A DNA stretch of 64,000 nt from Podospora anserina. Its lineage: Eukaryota. The stretch lies in contig CM030332.1 in assembly GCA_017654855.1 (NCBI GenBank), positions 6,758,001 through 6,822,000 on the forward strand, written 5' to 3'. Both the position numbers and the translations under genes were made by a program. Below, in pieces: positions 47,258 to 59,192 of this stretch. How positions within the stretch are numbered: position 1 is the first letter of the stretch; every line of letters starts with the position of its first letter. Under the pieces are notes generated by a model. The model searched no databases. It was not told where the DNA came from and worked only from the letters and a program-made list of their open reading frames with translations.

Positions 47258-49264
47258 ATGTCATTTCTTGGAGGCGCCGAATGTTCAACGGCGGGCAATC
47301 CGCTCAGCCAGTTCACCAAACATGTCGGAGACGACAAGAGCCTGCAGCATGACAGGCTTGTGGGAAGAGGCCCAAATAGTGCTATGGGTGGCTTCCGAAA
47401 TGTTGGCCGCAATACTCCCCAAGACGAGGTAGGAAGGATGTGAGGACCAAGAGGGCACAGGAACGATACTGACTGACTGGCCGAATAGATGATGAATGGC
47501 TTCCTCCACCAGAATGCCACCCTTCCCGACATGCCCCTCGAGCAGCAGCAGGGTCCTTTGGCCCACGCCCATCTCGATCACCTTCGCGCTCAGTCCGGCT
47601 CTCCGCTCTCGCCAACATGGGCCCCTGATACCCAGGCCGCGATGGAGGCCGCGTTCAACGCACCTCCCGGCACCCACTTCAGCGCCGACGAATTCGCCAA
47701 GTTTCAGCACATGAACCCTGCGGCTGCCGTATCTCATGCCCCGGCGATGCCCGGCGCCAGCGCGAGCATGCAGCGGCCCATGATGATGGGCGGTGGTATG
47801 AGCTACAATATGATGCAACGCCCCATGTACCAGCCCATGTTTGGTGGTCAGATGCACATGGCACACCAGCCTCTCCAGCAACACCAACAGCCGGCAGTCG
47901 AGGGTAAGGGGAAGGGCAAGGTTGTGGAGCTGGACGAGAGCAAATGGGAAGAGCAGTTCCAGCAGATGGAGCTCCACGATCGCCAACTGCGGGAGACAGA
48001 AAAGGACGAGGCTTTGGCCATGGAGCCCGAGTTGAACAAAATGGACGAGAAGCTCCTGCACTCCGAAACCGGCTACGGTGACCTGGAGTCGATATGGCGC
48101 GGCATCCAAGCAGAGCAGGCGCAGCTCAAGGAACTGGACGATATCGAGGACGACTTTGCCAAGTTCGACAGCGCCAACTTTGGCGGAGATAATCTCCACG
48201 ACTGGGGACTGAACAACAGGCTCGGAGCCGATCCCATCGTTCAGGATTATCTCTTCGAGGATGAGAACATCTTCGAGAACACGACAAACCCATTTGAAGA
48301 GGGCATTCGGATCATGAACGAAGGCGGAAACCTTTCCCTGGCCGCTCTTGCTTTTGAGGCTGCCGTCCAAAAGGACCCCGAACACGTTGAGGCCTGGGTC
48401 TATCTTGGCCATGTGCAAGCCCAAAACGAAAAGGAGGAGGCTGCTATCCGCGCTCTTGAACAAGCCATGAAGCTCGACCCCAACAACCTCGCCGCTTTGA
48501 TGGGTCTGGCCGTCTCTTACACAAACGAAGGCTACGACAGCACTGCCTACCGCACCCTCGAAAGGTGGCTCAGCGTCAAGTACCCCCAGGTCATTGCCCC
48601 GCAAGATCTGTCGTCCGCTGCCGAGCTCGGCTTTACCGACCGCGCCCAGCTCCACGACCGCGTCACCAGCCTGTTCCTCGAAGCTGCCCGCTTGGCCCCC
48701 GACGGAGACCACATGGACCCCGACGTCCAGGTCGGCCTCGGAGTGCTCTTCTACGGCGCCGAGGAGTACGACAAGGCGGTCGACTGCTTCCAAGCCGCGC
48801 TCCACTCCTCGGAAATGGGCACCTCCAACCAGCGCGAGCAGATCCACCTCCTCTGGAACCGCCTCGGTGCCACGCTCGCCAACTCGGGCCGCTCAGAGGA
48901 GGCGATTGCCGCGTACGAAAAGGCGCTGTCGATCAACCCCAACTTTGTCAGGGCGAGATATAACCTGGGTGTTTCTTGCATCAACATCGGGTGCCATGCC
49001 GAGGCGGCGGGGCATTTGCTCGCTTCATTGGATATGCACAAGTCTGTCGAGAAGAGCGGGAGGGAAAAGGCTAGGGAGCTGCTCGGTGGCGGAGGTGGTC
49101 CGGACACGGACGCGAGGATTGACGCCATGACCACTCAGAATAGGAGCACGACGCTGTATGATACGCTGAGGAGGGTTTTCACCCAGATGGGGAGGAGGGA
49201 TCTGGCCGAGAAGGTTGTTGTTGGAGTTGACCCTGATATTTTCAGAGGAGAGTTTGATTTTTGA
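47258..49264 (+). CDS. PEX5: Peroxisomal targeting signal 1 receptor, 2 exons
   Basis: N-terminal MSFLGGAECSTAGNPL with conserved Cys, WEEQF (WxxxF), TPR region (AALAFEAAVQKDP, LWNRLGATLANSGRSEEAI, VRARYNLG) and C-terminal FRGEFDF. Intron 47429-47488. Confidence 0.96.
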
Positions 49265-49792
49265 CGGGGACGGTGACCGTAACAAAGGTGCGTGTGAGAA
49301 AGGGGGGCTGTGGCACTTGACTGGTAGGAAGGGGGTGGTTTGGGAGAGGTTGTTGGTTGTGTGAGAGTAGGGGTTGTTGATATTTCCTTTGTTTGGCTGA
49401 AAAGGGGCGGTAACAGGTTTTGGGTAAGTGTTGGGAAGGAGGCGAAAGGAGAGGCATTGCAATCAGCATTTTCGTGGCGATTATTCTGTGGCATACAATA
49501 GCTGGTGGGGAGGGGGGCTGGTAGCGTTGCTGGGTAGTGCATAGAGACAAATAGCCATATACACAAAGCGAGTCACAATTGTCATTGTTATCACTGCATA
49601 CACGAGGTCCACCATGTTTTGAAAGTTTTTGGTATTGTGCCTGGTCTTGTTTCTTCAAGGACCAGGTTGTCTGGTTGCTGCTGCTGCTGTACAATCGCTG
49701 TTACAAGAAAATATTCCCACCCAATTAACCGGAACGCTGCTTGGGTATCTCGGTTCAACTCCCCCCAGCACCATATGCCAATCAGCTGTCCA

Positions 49793-51949
49793 TCATTTGA
49801 CGCTTAGGAATCCAACACCGGCCCTCGCCACCTTGACTGCCTTCCTCAACGCGTCCTCCTCGTCCGTCGTCCACTTCACACTGAGCTGATCCCACTTCGT
49901 CCCAGGAGTGTTATACTCCTTCTTGAACTGGGAATGCATAGCCTGCAGTCTGCTCATCTCCCTCGGGTCGCCCGTCCCGCTCAACACCATCAACAGTGTG
50001 CAAGGGGGCAACGCAGCGTGGATCCTCTGGAGTCGCTGCGCAAGCGTAGATAGGCACTCCTCCAGAGGAGAAACTGCCTCTTTCTCAGCATCGCCATTCA
50101 CGTCTTGAACCTCGGGCGTCTCCTCTGCAACCGTAGCAACAGGAGGAGTGTTCGGCTTGTGTCTGTTGGCCCACCCCTGAACAAACTCCAACTCTCTCAA
50201 CCTCGCCCAGACAAAGTCAACACCGCCTCCTGGAACCTCCAATCCATCCGGGTCGCCCTTGACTGCGCGAATCACGCCCGCTTCAACCTCGGCGTCCGTC
50301 TTGCAGGATATGGCAACCGTCGCAGCGTTGCAAGCACTTCTGGACACATCGCCCCATTCAACAGCTGCACTCGTTTTCCCCACAGGGAGACCGCCAGTTG
50401 CCACGGGCCCGGCTGTGGCGCGGTAGGCTGTTCCGGAGCGGGCGAGGCGTCTGAACAAATTCTCACCTTGCGAGTCACCGGTAGCCCAGGCCTTTCCTTT
50501 CTCACACTTCTTCTTGACGAGGTCTAAACAGGTTTTGGCGTCTTCCACACTGTCATGCCCGTTGATGGTGCCACCGCCTTTCTGGACTTCACGGCTCAGG
50601 TGGCGTTGGGCAAGGTACTTGAGTGAGTTTTTGAGCGGTGGGCCGCGAGCGTGGGGGAAGAGCATCGACGTGTCCACGATGAAGGGATGGGCGAGTTGGA
50701 GAGCTTTGAGATCCGAGTCAAGTGAGTGACCCAAGAGGATTGTGCGGGGATGTAAAAGATCAAGCAGTTTAGCCTGGATATCGCTCAGGGTTGTTGTGAC
50801 AGGATCGAGCATCTCCTTGGTGATTCCTGAGTATTGGGTGACATAATCGGTGATGGGCTTCTCAGGCTTGACCAGCTCGTCAAGAACTGTTTCGCCATCC
50901 CAAGAAACCAAGCTCACTCTCGTGAGAGCAAGCTCGCCAGGCCCGGTCAAACACATCTCGCAGTCGATGGCAAGGACCTCTCGCCCAGCTGTGATGCTCC
51001 CTTGCTGGATTTCGCTCTCGGGAACATCTCCATCTTCAAGCTTGCTGACCCTGGTGTGTGCCCACCCTTCTGGATTCTTAAAAGAGTCCCTGCGCTCACC
51101 TTCTGGCAGCAAGGCCGGATGCACTGGAAATCCGTTGTCCATCAGTTCTTCTGGAGTGGCGAGGAACTCGGTGATTCTAGTTCTGATATCTCTGTGAGAG
51201 TCTGGCCCGGCCTTGTCTTTGCTCTTGTCTTTGTTCTTATTCAGAGGAGCAGTGAGCATCGTGGTCAAAGGCGAGTGTAATCTGCCATACTTGTCGTCCC
51301 CGGGTGCCTTGACAGGCCAGAGGTGCGGGAACATGTCTGCAAACGGTTGCAACGAGGTTGGCAAGGCCTCTTTGCTGAGAGGCCGAGGGTAGTAGTGATC
51401 TGGAGAAGAACCATCGCCAATCTGCTTGATCGCTTGATCCAGCGTGGGCGTCTCATACTTGGAATAGTCGAAACCGGGCTCGAACATGGCCTCCTCCAGA
51501 CCAGGCACCATGATGGCAACAACCTTTCTGAACTCTGGGCGCTGTGAGACGGAGATCCATTGTGGCGCGGGACCATCGGCGAAAAGATACAGGATTAGAT
51601 CGCGGAAAGCTGAAAGGTTGACCTTGGACTGCAGTCTTGACTTCTCTGAGAAATGCAGGGCAGGATATCGAGCTGAGTTGGGAGTGGGAATCTTCTTGTG
51701 TTTTTTAACTGGCCGGCCGCGCTCAATGGTCTGCCAACCGTCATCGTCGTCAGCATCATGAGGACCGGGCCGCTTAAGACTGCCCGAGGAGGATTTTCCT
51801 TCAGAGTCACTCCGAGCCACTGGTGTTGCGGCAGGTTCCGTGTCCTTGGTGAGATTGGTGAGATTGGTGAGATTGATGAGTGGTAGGTTGGCGGTGGCCA
51901 AGGCACTGGCAACTCCGCGGTTCGCCATGTTGTTTTTCTTTTTACCCAT
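49793..51949 (-). CDS. DEDDh RNA exonuclease (Rex1/RNH70-like)
   Basis: AIDCEMC, LVKPEKPITDYVTQYSGIT, LLGHSLDSDLKAL, IVDTS and GHDSVEDA. The likely ATG is at 51949. Confidence 0.9.
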   Translation of the reverse strand: MGKKKNNMANRGVASALATANLPLINLTNLTNLTKDTEPAATPVARSDSEGKSSSGSLKRPGPHDADDDDGWQTIERGRPVKKHKKIPTPNSARYPALHFSEKSRLQSKVNLSAFRDLILYLFADGPAPQWISVSQRPEFRKVVAIMVPGLEEAMFEPGFDYSKYETPTLDQAIKQIGDGSSPDHYYPRPLSKEALPTSLQPFADMFPHLWPVKAPGDDKYGRLHSPLTTMLTAPLNKNKDKSKDKAGPDSHRDIRTRITEFLATPEELMDNGFPVHPALLPEGERRDSFKNPEGWAHTRVSKLEDGDVPESEIQQGSITAGREVLAIDCEMCLTGPGELALTRVSLVSWDGETVLDELVKPEKPITDYVTQYSGITKEMLDPVTTTLSDIQAKLLDLLHPRTILLGHSLDSDLKALQLAHPFIVDTSMLFPHARGPPLKNSLKYLAQRHLSREVQKGGGTINGHDSVEDAKTCLDLVKKKCEKGKAWATGDSQGENLFRRLARSGTAYRATAGPVATGGLPVGKTSAAVEWGDVSRSACNAATVAISCKTDAEVEAGVIRAVKGDPDGLEVPGGGVDFVWARLRELEFVQGWANRHKPNTPPVATVAEETPEVQDVNGDAEKEAVSPLEECLSTLAQRLQRIHAALPPCTLLMVLSGTGDPREMSRLQAMHSQFKKEYNTPGTKWDQLSVKWTTDEEDALRKAVKVARAGVGFLSVK
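51846..51875 (-). repeat. 9-bp coding tandem repeat (NLT)x3
   Basis: ttggtgaga repeated three times in the exonuclease N-terminus. Confidence 0.8.
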
Positions 51950-52587
51950 GCTGTACAATGAGTTTCCAATGGTTCAAGATACTCGGCGATGCCGACGAGC
52001 AAACAACAAGAAGCAGGCGACGTGTGAAAAAAAAAAAAAAAACCGCTGTTGATCCAAGTCGCAAGAAATCAGGCCTGCCAAGACTGATGGGAGTGAGGAC
52101 AGGGCGGTTGGCCACAATCCGATAAACGAAAAACCTCGATAAGTGAACAGTGGCTGGTGGAGCTAGGTCACTTTGGGCGAGAACCTTGCTGGCCAGGCCA
52201 AGTTGTGAACAAAATAACTGAACCAGGCCTCGAAACATATTTAATAGGCCTTAAAAGATAGCTGCTAGGTCCATTATATATCTTTTGAGGCGTAGGAATT
52301 ATCCTTTTAAGTATTGTTCCTTTTCTATAATAAAAAAAAGCGTAGGTTAATTTTTTGCCCACAACGTGCTGGCTCACTGTCTGCTGTACCCCTTGCACCT
52401 GCCTTTTGGGCGAACAAGTATAATCACAGACTTCATTTTAAAAAACTCTATTTTTTTTAAATAAACCCACTACAAAATTCCTTTGTTCCACATACCGATC
52501 CTCGAGGCCTGCAATGGGCACCAAAGGCTCAATCAAACAGCATCACAACTCTGCAGGCCTGCGTTGAAACACACATACATCATCAAA

Positions 52588-54062
52588 ATGAAGACGGCCT
52601 CCTGCGAATGCAAAAAATGCCAGGCATCAGTTGGGAGTTTTTCCAATCTTTGGATCCAGATTGGCAATAGCTATCTCGGCCCTGTGATTGAATCAGACGA
52701 GGATTTGGCCATTCGATGCGAAGGAAAGACAAGAATCGGGGGAAATGGGACTCTGGTGGAAGGATGGTAAACATTCCCTTGCTTGTGTTCAAGATATTTC
52801 TAATCTGTTCTGACAACCATCGCAGCCATTTACAAAACCTTTTCTGTGACGGTTGTGCAGCCATACTCGGCTTTCGATGCATTGAGACCCCAGTCAACCA
52901 TGTCCTCGACGAGTACGTGCCATGGCTCCTATGTCGTCAGTTTGAAATCTGACAATATTCCCACAGCAACCAAGTTCTGTTGAGAATCGCGTCTGTCAAT
53001 CTGCTCGGTGAGGAAAGAGAGGAGCTTGAACCCGAGGTCAAAAGAGTCCTCAGCATCAACAAACCGTCAAGAACGAGCAATGGTGGGCCGCCCAACCTGT
53101 CCTCAAATCCCCCCAGTACCATCGAGTTTCAGCAGCTCAAGTTCGAACTCGAAGGCCAAAAAGACTACCTCAGACGTATTGACAGCAATGGCTTCAGAAT
53201 TGTGGCAGGCTTGGACAAACGTGTGGCTCGTGTGGAGAGTGATTCAAAGACACTACATGAAACAGTGAGTGGGCTCAAGGGAAGCATACTCGGAGTACAG
53301 GATAGCCTCAAGTCACTACTCGGATCAGAGCTGAACGGGATTGATAAATTCGGAACCGAGCAAAAGGCGACACTGGAAGGCCTTCGGAGCCGGGTGTCCC
53401 TGGTCAGTGATGGCCTCGACATAATCCAACAGCAGGCAACAGATCTCGCCGAAGAGCTGCGAAAGGAAGTCTCAGATCTCAAGAACCAACTTGAGCAGAC
53501 GACAGGAGAGCTTGATATGCTGAGGGCCGAGATCAAAGTGAGCGTCAGCGCAGACAACTATGCCCGCGATATGGCTGCTATGCGCACCGAGATCGCGCAG
53601 CTCAGAAGAGATCTTCACACTGTGCGCAGCAACGAACACGAACGTGTTGCCCCTTCTTTTTCCTCAAGGGAGCTCGAGATTCTCACCAGCAACATCGCGA
53701 AGATTGGTAATCGAGCCAGCCAGGTCGAGACTTTACAAATGGAGTTTGAGATCTTGAAAGGGAGGGTCGACAGAGCAGAGGCAAATTACGGGGCATCCAA
53801 TAATCGACGTGTGGCATCTCCCTTGGATCCAGAGACATTTCTTCCCCACCCAGGAGCGAGGAAGCGGGCTTCTTCGCCCAAGCCGGAGCCTGTATCTAAA
53901 CGAAGAGTGCCCTCGGACCAATTCTCGGATTACACGGTCTCTGGACACAGTGCTGCGCCGCTCACCCCGTTGAGGCAGAGTAGCACGACAAACTTGCAAG
54001 ATCCCAAGAAACGGGGTCGTCCCAAGACAGCTGCTGCATTATCCAACTCGGGAGGCAGGTGA
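52588..54062 (+). CDS. Hypothetical protein: Yippee/Mis18-like zinc-binding N-terminus plus long coiled coil, 3 exons
   Basis: Introns 52767-52825 and 52913-52966 are in frame. CKKC...LFCDGCAAILG forms a CxxC pair, followed by heptad-rich helices and a C-terminal KKRGRP. Confidence 0.75.
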
Positions 54063-54077
54063 TGATCCGTTATCCCG

Positions 54078-55829
54078 CTAACGTCGAACTACTGATCCTT
54101 GCCCTTGGACAAGCACATCCTCCAAAATCTCCGGCGCGAAGGAAGCCAACGTGTTGACGGGCTTGAGCACCTCGCTCTCAAAAAATGCTTTTGCTTGCGG
54201 ATCTTCAGGGTCTCTAGCCCACGCCTGTACCATCTTCGACTCGTCTACCCGTCCGGGCAAACTCTCAAGATCCTTCAGCATCGTTTTGGCCTCCTTCAAT
54301 ACGTCCCAATCCTCAGCAGAGCCGATAGAGCCCTGATGGACGACGATGTGGAGGAGAGCTTGGCACATGGTGACTTGATCCGCCATCGCCAAAGCACCAA
54401 CAATGCCCTCGTGAGTACACCTTTTTGCCAGTTCCCCGCTTGACGTCAGTTCTCCCGTGAAAGCCAGCAGTTTCGTAATAATCATGACGCCCTTGATGCG
54501 CCACGGCATGAATGGGGCAACAAGCTTGATGGGATCGCATTGGGTTGCCAAGAAACAAGCCAGTGGTAGGGCGTAAACGGCCCATTTGTAGTTGGTCTGC
54601 CAGTTGGTTGCGAGGAGGAGGATTGTGGTTGGTAATGGTTCGACTGCCCACATCTTTGCTTCAACCAAGGGCTTGCACAATTTCCAGCGAGTCCGTGCCG
54701 CTTCAATCGAGGTGTCCTGCTCTGATTTTGTCTGGTCATAGACCACTTTGTAAATAATCTCGATTTGGTTCATCGAGATACTTGATTTGTCGATAGCCGG
54801 TTCTCGGAACTTTGTAAGATCCGGCTGCAAGCTGAACGAGTTAAGTGAAATGACCGGCGATGTCTGAGCAACCTGGTATACATCAAGATCATCCACACAC
54901 CGTGGGCAGTCGCACTCAAAGTAGTAGAGTCTAAGTCCTTCACGGCGTATCGACCTAGGCTTGTCGTTTGCTGCAATCACTCCGTCAGTACTTAAATCCT
55001 ACTACCAATAACTGTCCACATACCAATGTAAGAAATCGTAATCTCCTCCCCCTCCTTAATCGGTCTCTCCGCCCTCAGCGTCGCCGTCCTCTTATCAAAC
55101 CCGATAAACGCATTCGGCACACAAGAGTGATTCACCCTCGCCAGCGCAGGATCGAGAAAAATCCCCGACATGCCCGTGTCCGCATCGAGCCGATTGAACG
55201 CATTGGTTTGGATCTGACACAGAAACCTCATCGCAACTCTCAGCCCGTCCTCGTTCATGAAAACACCCGAGTACGTCATCGCCGCCATGGCTTGGAGTTC
55301 AAAGTCACCCCAGACTTGCTCGTCTGCTTTGAAGCCTTCGAGGTTGCTCTCGAGGGGGTCGGACCCGTCAAAGGGGTCGCGGATGCCCTTGTCGTTTGTT
55401 AGGAGGACTTGGGCCAGTGCTCTTGCGGGGGTAGGTAGCCTATTCCAGCGTCAACATGTCTGCTCTCGTTTTTGACAGGAAAGGGGCTACATGCCACTCT
55501 TTGCCCGTAGTCTCCCTTACCCTCGCAAACATCTTACACTCGGCCTTGTGGATCGACTTCCAGTGGGCACGCTGGCACGTGGGGCCGCAGTACACAGCTG
55601 CCTTGCAGCCGGTACAGGCTTTGAGTGAGACGGGGGAGAAGCCCTCATTGGAACCAACACGGAGACAGTAGTTGCATGTTGTTCTCATGCTGGGGCCATC
55701 GGGGAGGGCGAGGGTCGGGGAGGAAAAGGTGGCGATGAGGGAGCCAGGGGTGAAGTCCTGGGTTGCGACGAGGGAGCGGCCATGAGGGCCGGAGGAGAAG
55801 GCTGTTCCTGGGGGCGGTGTTGGTGGCAT
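54078..55829 (-). CDS. SET and MYND domain lysine methyltransferase (SMYD-like), 3 exons
   Basis: GRSLVAT, MYND finger (CNYC..CTGC..YCGPTCQRAHWKSIHKAEC), NHSCVPNA, GEEITISY and post-SET YYFECDCPRC. The first intron, 55440-55494, is GC-AG. Confidence 0.92.
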
Positions 55830-56238
55830 TGCAGGAGGAGGGGTGATTTGAATCTGAACTGAGATGGTGATGGTGAGATGGGGAGTTGGGCGGCTGGGTA
55901 GAGAGTTTTTATGTCACGGAATAATCTAGGGCTTTCCCTAGGACTTTACCAAGGACAGTTTTGGTAAACTTTGAGTGAAAGCTGCCTGAACACTCCTTCC
56001 TTCGCACTTGACACGTAAAAATATCCGATGATATTATCTTTCGTCGTCTCGGTGAAGCCCCCCACCCCACTATTTCCGTGATGCAGTTAACCAGCCTTGA
56101 AATGCCCCGCAGCGCAAACAGTCGCAGGAATAGTGGGGCATCAACGGCGCCTCATCCACCGCCAGGCGCACACACCGTCCCGGGACTCATCACAGCTCCT
56201 TCAAGTCCCAGGATCACCACCGATCCCCAACTCTCACA

Positions 56239-57038
56239 ATGGCCAGCCAAGGAAGACAGCAAGGAGGAGAGCAAAGTATGTCTCATTCCGCCCCCATTCC
56301 TCTACCCCGCACCTCTTTCATGCTCACCTCTCACCTCTCACCATCTCATCTCATCTCATCTCATCTCACCCTCACCCTTCCTGGCCCCCTTTAGCAAGCC
56401 CATAACCTATGCCCGTATCCTACCCCCAACTAACACATCCTATAGTCTCCCTCGATACCCTCACAGCCCCCCAACTCTCGGCCGTGAAAAAGCAACTCGA
56501 TGAAGAAGTCGAGCACCTCTCCCAATCTTACGCCCAGCTCGCCGCCGCCCAGTCCAAGTTCAAGGAGTGCCTCCGGGTCGTCAAGTCCGGCTCCGAGACC
56601 TTTGACGAGAAAAAGCCCATCCTCGTCCCCTTGACCAACTCCCTCTACGTCAAGGGCCGGATGGCTGACCCGGACAAGGTCATTGTTGATGTCGGGACTG
56701 GGTTTTACGTCGAAAAGGTTTGTTTGCTGTGACACTTTCGGAACTGAGTGGCATGGGTTACTAACGGGATCTGGTGATCAAAACAGGACACCAAGAGCGC
56801 GGCAGAGTTTTATGAGGCCAAGGTCAAGGAGTTGGCTGCGAATATTCAAGGACTGGAGGGCATCGTGCAGGCCAAGACTCAGAATTTGAGGCTGGTGGAG
56901 GAAGGTAGGTCCATGTCGAGATTTCACCATGCAAATGAGAGGATTGAGTATGCACTAACTTACTTCATCACCACAGTTCTCAGACAAAAGGTCTTGGCTG
57001 CTGGACCAGCTGCTGGCCAGGCTGCTCAGGCGTCATGA
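56239..57038 (+). CDS. GIM5: Prefoldin subunit 5 (alpha type), 4 exons
   Basis: ISLDTL..QLSAVKKQLDEEVEHL, ILVPLTNSLYVKG and VIVDVGTGFYVEK, with three GT-AG introns (first 56276-56445). Confidence 0.9.
56342..56368. repeat. (CATCT)5 microsatellite in prefoldin intron 1
   Basis: catctcatctcatctcatctcatctca. Confidence 0.85.
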
Positions 57039-57563
57039 CGGGCCAATAATTGAGAATAGCAATGAACCAGCTTCATGTCCAAGTCATCTATCATTCCTAC
57101 GTATGCGAGTGCCCTTGACTGCATGTAACAGTTGATTTGAGAAGTCACAGACGATACCAGTCGGTGCCATGCTACAAATATGGTGGCCCCTTACGCACCT
57201 CTCCTTCGCCACACCACAATAGTCTAGGGTTATAACTGACCTTTGCGTCTCGATATTTTACATTGCAATGCTACAGTATCACAGCCACCCCTTCAAAGCT
57301 CGTTTTTCGGAATACAATGACCCATTTACACACCTCTCGCCCCTTACACGATAACACAATACAGTAAAAAATAAAAAATAAACTTCCTCCTGGACTTCCC
57401 CTATGATATAAAACAACAAAAAGAGATATAATACATAGCCCACGAAGGCTCCATGCTTCTCTCCCCAGTGCCATCATCCTACAACCCACCATAAACTAGA
57501 CGGTCACCTCCCTGATCCCAATAGCCCAAGTGGCATTTGCCATCCAATTCTTCGAATGTTCCA

Positions 57564-59192
57564 TCAGGACACGACTCGGTTCGAGCCCTTTGCCCCTACA
57601 CTCAACAGGTTATCAAGCATCTCCTGCACCCACGATACCCACGACAAAAACTCATCCAATGGATGCTCATCGCCACCATCCTGCGTCAAGGGGTATGGGA
57701 CCTGGGTCTTGTCTCTCGAGGTCAGGAGTTGAGTGGCAAAACTCTTGTCCCATTCCCGCGGAATCGTAACGGGGAGCCCGAGGTGATCGTCCCAGTCAGG
57801 ACTGAATACGGAGAGCAGAGTTGTCGTAATCGGAGGCTTCGTTGTGTTCGTTCCGAACGAATGGTACACCGTAATCTCAAGGCTATACTTGAAGCTCAGC
57901 TCCAGGGTCCAGATGACCTTGCCCACAATGTTCGACACCTTGTTCTTCTTGATGAACTCTTGGGACACCGAAATCTTGGGGAAGCCACCTGCATATGTAC
58001 CTTGGCTGATCTTGGTGAGCCTAGCCATGTCATCTTCGGTCAAAGGTAGACGGGGCCTGCCTTCCCTGCGGCTGACCTCCTGGAAAATCTTCAACTCCCA
58101 ATCAGTACCTCTGCGGTGCAGAATGTCAGTATACTGAAGCAGCTTGGAAATAAGCGTGTTGTCTTGTCTCACCTGTCGGGGCAAGCATTGAGGACTGAGA
58201 ATTTGTTGTAGAATTTGGCTCGTTGATAGGCGCACACGGGCATGATTCTAGGCTTTCGGCCTCTGCCCGCCTCAACGCCTTCTACCATACACTCGATCTC
58301 CAAATTTGGCGTGACTATGTATAGGGAGAACTCAGGTTCGGAATCGGGGTCAACGCTCTCTCGGACCACTGCTGGCAAACTTTCATCCCCGTTGATCAGG
58401 GCGACTCTGAGGGCTTCAACCACATCGACAGGAACACTGTAAGACTTTTTAGCACGACTCTGATGAGGGACGAGTCCAATCATACTTACTATGGTGAAAG
58501 ATTGATTACGTCGCGGAAGGCGGCATACTCTAGCTCACGCTCCATTTCGGCCGAGCTGTACCTCCTCTTCTCTGGGTTCCAAATTTCACGTCGCTGTAGG
58601 TAGCCAATCTTGACACGCATCTGCATCTTGTTTGGGTCTCGGACAAGTGATCCGACGGCCCGGTCAAGAATATCAGACAGCTGGGCCTTATACTTGGCTT
58701 GATGAGTCCCAGAGGTGGTTTCCGAGACGGTTGGGGCCGATGCTGAGGGGACGACAGCGCATCTATCACGACCAAACACGATGGCCGAGTAATCTGCACC
58801 TGACTTGGATGGGCACAGCAGGCCATTGGTTCTCCACATGTCTTTGATGTCGGCTTCCTCGATGAGTAGTTTCCTCACTCGCTGGGCAGCGTCCTGCGCA
58901 GCCTTGGTGCCAGGTGAATGTATGGAAATTTGGGTGGTCGTGTCGTCGACATTGATGGCCTTGATGTCACACAAGGTATCCTTGCCGATCAGTTCCAACT
59001 TTGTGCGTAGAGCAAAGTCGGCCGGGTCGACATCGATGGTGGAGGGTGGGGCGAGAAAGGTCTGGTGCGGTTAGTCGACTGCGATGCTGTACTCTGTAAG
59101 TAACGACTTGCCTGCTTGGTCAGCGGCGGACGATATATTTCCGCCAGCTCATCAACCCCCAGTCGAAAATGCTTCCGTTCCATGGTGTCCAT
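57564..59192 (-). CDS. Hypothetical protein, 4 exons
   Basis: Four ORF-track fragments join in frame via a GC-AG intron (59062-59111) and two GT-AG introns (GTAAGT near 58489, GTGAGA near 58172), each with branch-like CTRAC/CTAA sequences. No domain recognised. Confidence 0.75.

Noticed and set aside
47285-48847. 520-aa minus-strand ORF
   Set aside because: Antisense shadow of codon-biased PEX5. The same applies to 45458-46591, 32189-33067 and 62334-63209.
58489-58491. Apparent premature TAG (possible editing site) in the hypothetical gene
   Set aside because: The G belongs to an intron donor (TA|GTAAGT); splicing gives TAT.
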